64,000 nucleotides of DNA from Emiliania huxleyi CCMP1516 (lineage: Eukaryota). Shown here piece after piece: positions 59,424-64,000 of the stretch. The notes beneath the pieces are model-generated. The model was not told the origin of the DNA and searched no databases. It saw only the letters and a program-made list of their open reading frames with translations. The stretch spans positions 124,001 to 188,000 of the forward strand of contig NW_005201287.1 in NCBI RefSeq assembly GCF_000372725.1. Direction: 5' to 3'. The translations under genes and the position numbers were made by a program. Every line of letters starts with the position of its first letter. Position 1 is the first letter of the stretch.

Positions 59424-61483
59424 ATGCTGGCCTTTCTCTCGTCCGTGTCGATGCCGTCCACCGTACGCACCACACCGCCCAACCTTGTCCTGGTCATGCT
59501 TGACGACCTCGGCTGGGCTGGCGCGCAGCATAGCCGCTCTTGCCCATTCTCTCCCACGCTCTCACCGGCGCTGGCCTTGCCTGCCCACAGACGTCGGATT
59601 CCACGGCTCCAACTTTCCCACGCCCGCCATGGACGAGCTTGTCAACGGCGGGCTCGAGCTCAAACGGCTTTACGTTAACCCCACATGCAGCCCAACCCGA
59701 AGCGCTGCGCTCACTGGTCGGCATCCGTTCAACATGGGCATGCAGCACTGGACCACCACCTTTCCGGGCTCGACTGCTGCTCTCCCGCTGGACGTCCCAA
59801 CCCTCGCCGAAGAGCTGAAGGCCAAGGCTGGATATCGAACAGAGGTGAGTAGCCGTCAATACACACTCACGGCCGGATATCTTCTGACACGTCCGTGCGA
59901 CTGTGCCCTCTCCAGATGGTTGGCAAGTGGCAGTGCGTCGCGCCATTGTCAACTGACACGTCCATCGAGCTAACGTACTAAGCTTAGTTCTCTCATACGT
60001 GTAGCCTCGGCGCGGCAAAAGAGAGCAACCTGCCGCACCGTCGCGGCTTCGACAACTTCTACGGCATCCTGCAGGGCGCAACCGATCTGTACGAGCGTAC
60101 GCTGGGCTTTTGCATCAATGAGGCGTTCGGCGTCGCGAACGGGACGTGCTTGCCGTGGGCCACCGCTAGCGGCAAGTCTCCTCTCGAGTCTGAGTTGGAC
60201 GACAACGTGTTCTACGACTTTTGGGAGAATTCTCGTCCGGTCTGGGAGGATAAGGGAACCTACGTCATGGTACGCGGCTCCACTCCCCGAGCTCCCCCGC
60301 CCGCCGCTTCAGCAATACCGGGTACCAAACGCCCCGACGCCGAATTTATCGTCCACTCGCTTGCCGCGCCTGGCAGGACTCGTACATTGAGCGGGTCGAG
60401 CGCATCATTGACCAGGCTGGATCGACAGAGTCCAATCCTACCGCGGAACCCCTGTTCCTCTACTTCGCAGAGCAGGCCGTGCACGCTCCCCTACAGGCTC
60501 CGCCGCAACCAGAGCACCTGCAGGCTTGCGTTGACGCCGGAGTCACAGGCAGCAGCTCGGCAGGGAACCGCGACATGAGCAACCGCACGGTGTTGTGCTC
60601 GATGGCAAACAAGGTCGATCATTCCATCGGCCGCCTCGTGGAAGCGCTCAAGAAGAATGGCATGTGGGACAACACGCTCGTTTGGGTGCTTACCGACAAC
60701 GGGGGCATGGTTGACTGGGGTGGCGAGCTACTGGGCTGGTACGCCACCACCTCCTCCTCCAACTGGCCGCTGCGGGGGATGAAGACGACTCTGTTCGACG
60801 GCGGTGTTCGCGCAGTCAGCTTCATGACAGGGGGTTACCTTCCACAGTCGGCGCGTGGGCAGACGAGTTCAGAACTGTTGCATGCGGTCGACATCACACC
60901 CACGCTTCTCGCCCTCGCCGGCGTGTCCGAGGCTGACTCCCCGCCCATGGATGGGCTCGATGCATGGGGCGCTGTCACCACAGGCGGCACCACAGGCCGC
61001 GATGAGATCCCCATCAACATCGATGTCGGCAGCAAATTCGGCGATGCCATTGAAGACTTTCCCGCCAACATGCTCATCCCAATGCTTGTCCCCAACTGGG
61101 CTCCAAACCCCCGCCTGGGCGTCCGTGGCGGGGCAAACTTTAGCGCGCTCATATCTTGGCCATACAAGATCATCGTCGGGCTGCCCTCGAATGCAATTCC
61201 GGCGGACAAGTGGGGGTGGTGGTCCATCGAAAATTACAGCATGGTGAAGGGCCCTCCGGCCCGTGAGCATCCGCGCGCTCCCGTGCGCCTTTACAACCTC
61301 GAAGCGGACGAGGGTGAGCACAATGATCTCTCGGCAGCCCTTCCAGAGGTGGTCGAGCGGCTCATGCAGCGGGTTGCGTTCTACGCCAACCCAGACAACG
61401 GCTTTCGCCGCCCGCAGAACAACATCCCACGCCTCAGGGCAAACCCAATGAAGCAGAACTGGACCATCGGACCCTTCCTGTGA
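59424..61483 (+). CDS. Arylsulfatase (formylglycine-dependent, S1), 5 exons including a 17-nt micro-exon (59916-59932)
   Basis: PNLVLVMLDDLGW, CSPTRSAALTGR, MVGKWHLG across the micro-exon, RRGFDNFYG, HAPLQ, TDNGG, NWPLRGMKTTLFDGGVR, LYNLEADEGEHNDL. Confidence 0.92.
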
Positions 61484-61484
61484 G

Positions 61485-61650
61485 ACGGTGTTGATTAACG
61501 GGTGTGAGACCAACAGTGTTGATTAACGGAGGAGGATGGCTGGCTGGCTCTCTACCCTTTCCGGTGGGACGGTGTTGATTAACGGGTTGTGATACCAACG
61601 GTGTGTTGTCTGTTGATTAATGGAGGAGCAGGAGGATGGCTGGCTCTCCA
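61485..61650. repeat. Short repeats GTGTTGATTAACGG (x4) and GGAGGATGGCTGGCT (x2)
   Basis: Directly visible just 3' of the sulfatase stop codon. Confidence 0.75.
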
Positions 61651-62456
61651 TGACTAGATAGCTGCTGCGCGTGGGAGAGAGGCGGAAGCGTGATGTTTTC
61701 TTGAGACTGTGTTAGTGCCAGCACGCGCCAGCCTGCACCCTCCCGTGTCGTGCCTGTCTGCTGCCGTGTGGGAGAGTTTTTTGTCTGATTTCTTGCTCTT
61801 GCTGCAGTTGTTTTTTTCGGCATTTCGCTTGGCGCTTGCGCGCGCCCGCGCGCACACGCCGCGCTCTGAGACGTGAGAGGTGAGAGGGACTTGCTACATA
61901 TGCTCTCTCGCCTACAGTGCTACACGGCCGTGTTTAGGCGGACAAAGCTCAAAGCTCAAATGACGGATTTTAAATATATTAATAATTGGTGTGCGAGCGT
62001 TTTGTTGTCAATACGCGAACTCCAAAAGTACCGCACCCACGATACGGCACGATTAGAATATGAGGAGGGCAGATCCGCCCGCCTCGCACTCCGGACGCCG
62101 GCAGGCGGAGTCGCCCCCGTTTGTGCTCTGCGGCACGCGGCCGTGCTCCCGGCCGCTGGCTCGCCACCCGGAGCGAGGCGGCCCCGGCGCACACCCGGCG
62201 GTCAGCTGACGGGCGGCGGCGCGCGGAGGCTGGTGCCGGAAGGGTGCTCCGGCGGCGCCGTCAGCGGCGAGGCAGTCAGTCTCGAGGAAGGGGCGCGGCG
62301 GGAGGGTGGCGGCCTCGACGGTCTTGTATAAATAAAGAAAACGGGCACGCCAAACGAGGGGTGGGAGAAGGACAGGGTCCCACCTGCACGAGCAGGAAAG
62401 CTGAGGGCCAGCCTCGTAGAATTCTTGCACATCCGTTATTACTCGGAAACCACCAC

Positions 62457-63055
62457 ATGAAGATCTTCGGGCTCCTCGTGTTGCTCGCGCCGACCGGCGA
62501 GGCGCTCGCGTCGCCCGGCGCGGCGCTGCGGCTGCGCACACCGCTGCGCACCGCTCCGGCCACCATGCAGATCTTCGGCAAGAAGAAGGAGAAAATTCCC
62601 ACGCTGGAGGAGCGCGGCTACTGGGCGGGCGAGTGGGTGTGTGCAGACTGCGGGTACATCTACGAGCCGGATCCGAAGGATCCGTTCGAGGAGCTGCCGC
62701 CCTACTGGAAATGCCCTCAGTGCGCCGGGCCGCGCCGTCGCTTCATCAAGAAGGCGGGAGACGTCCTCGGAAAGCTCGACGACACGTGCGCCGCCTCTCG
62801 CCCACCCTCCACAGCGGCGCCCGCGCCGCCGCCGCCGCCCGCGTCGCCGCCGCCGCCCGCCCGCCGGAGCAGCACGCCGCCGGAGCGGCGACGCGACTGC
62901 CACCGCCCGCCGGCCCCACCAGCCATGGCACTCCGCACCGCTCGCTTGGCCGCATTCCACCCGAGCCTCCTGCCCTCGCCAGGCCGATGACGGCCTTCAT
63001 CGGCGTCTGCTTCGCCGCGATCGCCTACCTTATCTACGTCGCGATCTCCACCTAG
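62457..63055 (+). CDS. Plastid-targeted rubredoxin-like protein with a C-terminal TM helix (exons 62457-62785, 62983-63055)
   Basis: Bipartite-like leader, WVCADCGYIY...PFEELPPYWKCPQCAGPRRRF (two CxxC), TM segment FIGVCFAAIAYLIYVAI. Confidence 0.88.
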
Positions 63056-64000
63056 TTTTCACGCGAGAGACTCGAGGGTGCGAGGCAGAGCCGCGCCTGC
63101 CGCCCGGCCTGAGAAGGGGTCGGGGCGGCGAGGCCGGGGGAGGGCCACTCCCTCTTCTTCCGCAGAATCCTCCGCTGCTTGGCGCCGTACGGATGCTGCG
63201 CTTTGCAGGCGCCCCTGTGCCTCCCGTAGGATGCCCTTGACTCCTCTTCGTGCGATTGTCTCCCCTCTGTCTCTGTCTTTTTCCGTCCTTCTCGCTGCTC
63301 TCTCGAGTCTCGTCTCTGGCGTCTGGGGTGTGGGGAGAACGCCCTTCGAGTTTCGTTTCTGCGTAATCACCCTGTGCACATTTTGCGAAAAAAATGGAGC
63401 TGGGACCGTGATTGATAATACGTCACAGTGTCGACACCATTTGTGATTGGTGTTTAGAGAGACGCGGGGCTGGGACACGGCGGGTGTGCGGCCCGCTGCG
63501 CGGCGGTGCCGGTGCCGAGAGGGGGGGGGGGGGGGGGGGCGAAGGAAGCCAAGGCGAAGACGGCGTGAGGGACGGGTCGTGGTTCCCTTTCACCACTGCC
63601 TCTCTCAGATCTCAGTAGAGCTTTGTCCCGGACGACTGCGTCCCGAGGCCGGGGGCGGAGGCGAGCCGCGTCGGAGGCTGTACCTGGGAGAAGAGAAGAA
63701 GAGAAGAGGGGAGGGGGTTACCCGAGGGCCGCGCGCGATGAGGAGCGCAGCGGGGGGATGTGCATGTGTGTGCAGACGCGAGGAGACGCGCGGGGGGACT
63801 GTTGACGCGGGGGGGGGACTCTCCTGCCCCCACTTCTTTGCCGGCGGCACCGCCTTGCCCTCCTTCGAGTCCTTCCGGACCTGGGGTGGGAGAGGTTGGG
63901 GGCTGCAGGGGACCGTGCAGGGCGGCGGGCGGGGCGGTGGCAGCCGAAGCCGCCCCGGCGCGTGGCGAGGAGAAGAGAAGAGGAAGGGCTAGAAGAAGCG

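Noticed and set aside
63060..64000. Possible 3' end of a minus-strand gene at the window edge
   Set aside because: No identifiable domain and ambiguous exon structure.

Overview
GC-rich eukaryotic genomic DNA with short spliceosomal introns, many GC-AG donors and intronic 10-11 bp minisatellites. These traits suggest a haptophyte such as Emiliania/Gephyrocapsa huxleyi (inferred, not verified). Recognisable genes: adenosine deaminase and an AMT1 ammonium transporter (divergent), a DnaJ protein, an ARP8-like actin-related protein, a tandem pair of secreted proline-rich phytocyanin-like genes, an MFS transporter, a Lin0512-family protein, MSH6 (spanning an N gap at 28481-28955), two ankyrin genes (one with a RING finger), a large low-complexity membrane protein with FGDF motifs, a divergent IF2-like GTPase, a DUF1254/DUF1214 protein divergent from a sulfatase, and a plastid-type rubredoxin. 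Between them lie gene fragments (MYND, FG-GAP/Cys-rich, a split subtilase, a LINE RNase H), MITE-like elements, a ~450 bp foldback and several dispersed repeats. The most striking recurring pattern is 10-11 bp periodic arrays of unrelated sequence flanked by 19-33 bp direct duplications of the neighbouring exon or splice-site sequence. This suggests an insertion-with-duplication process that builds or extends introns. All exon boundaries were read by eye and lack transcript support.
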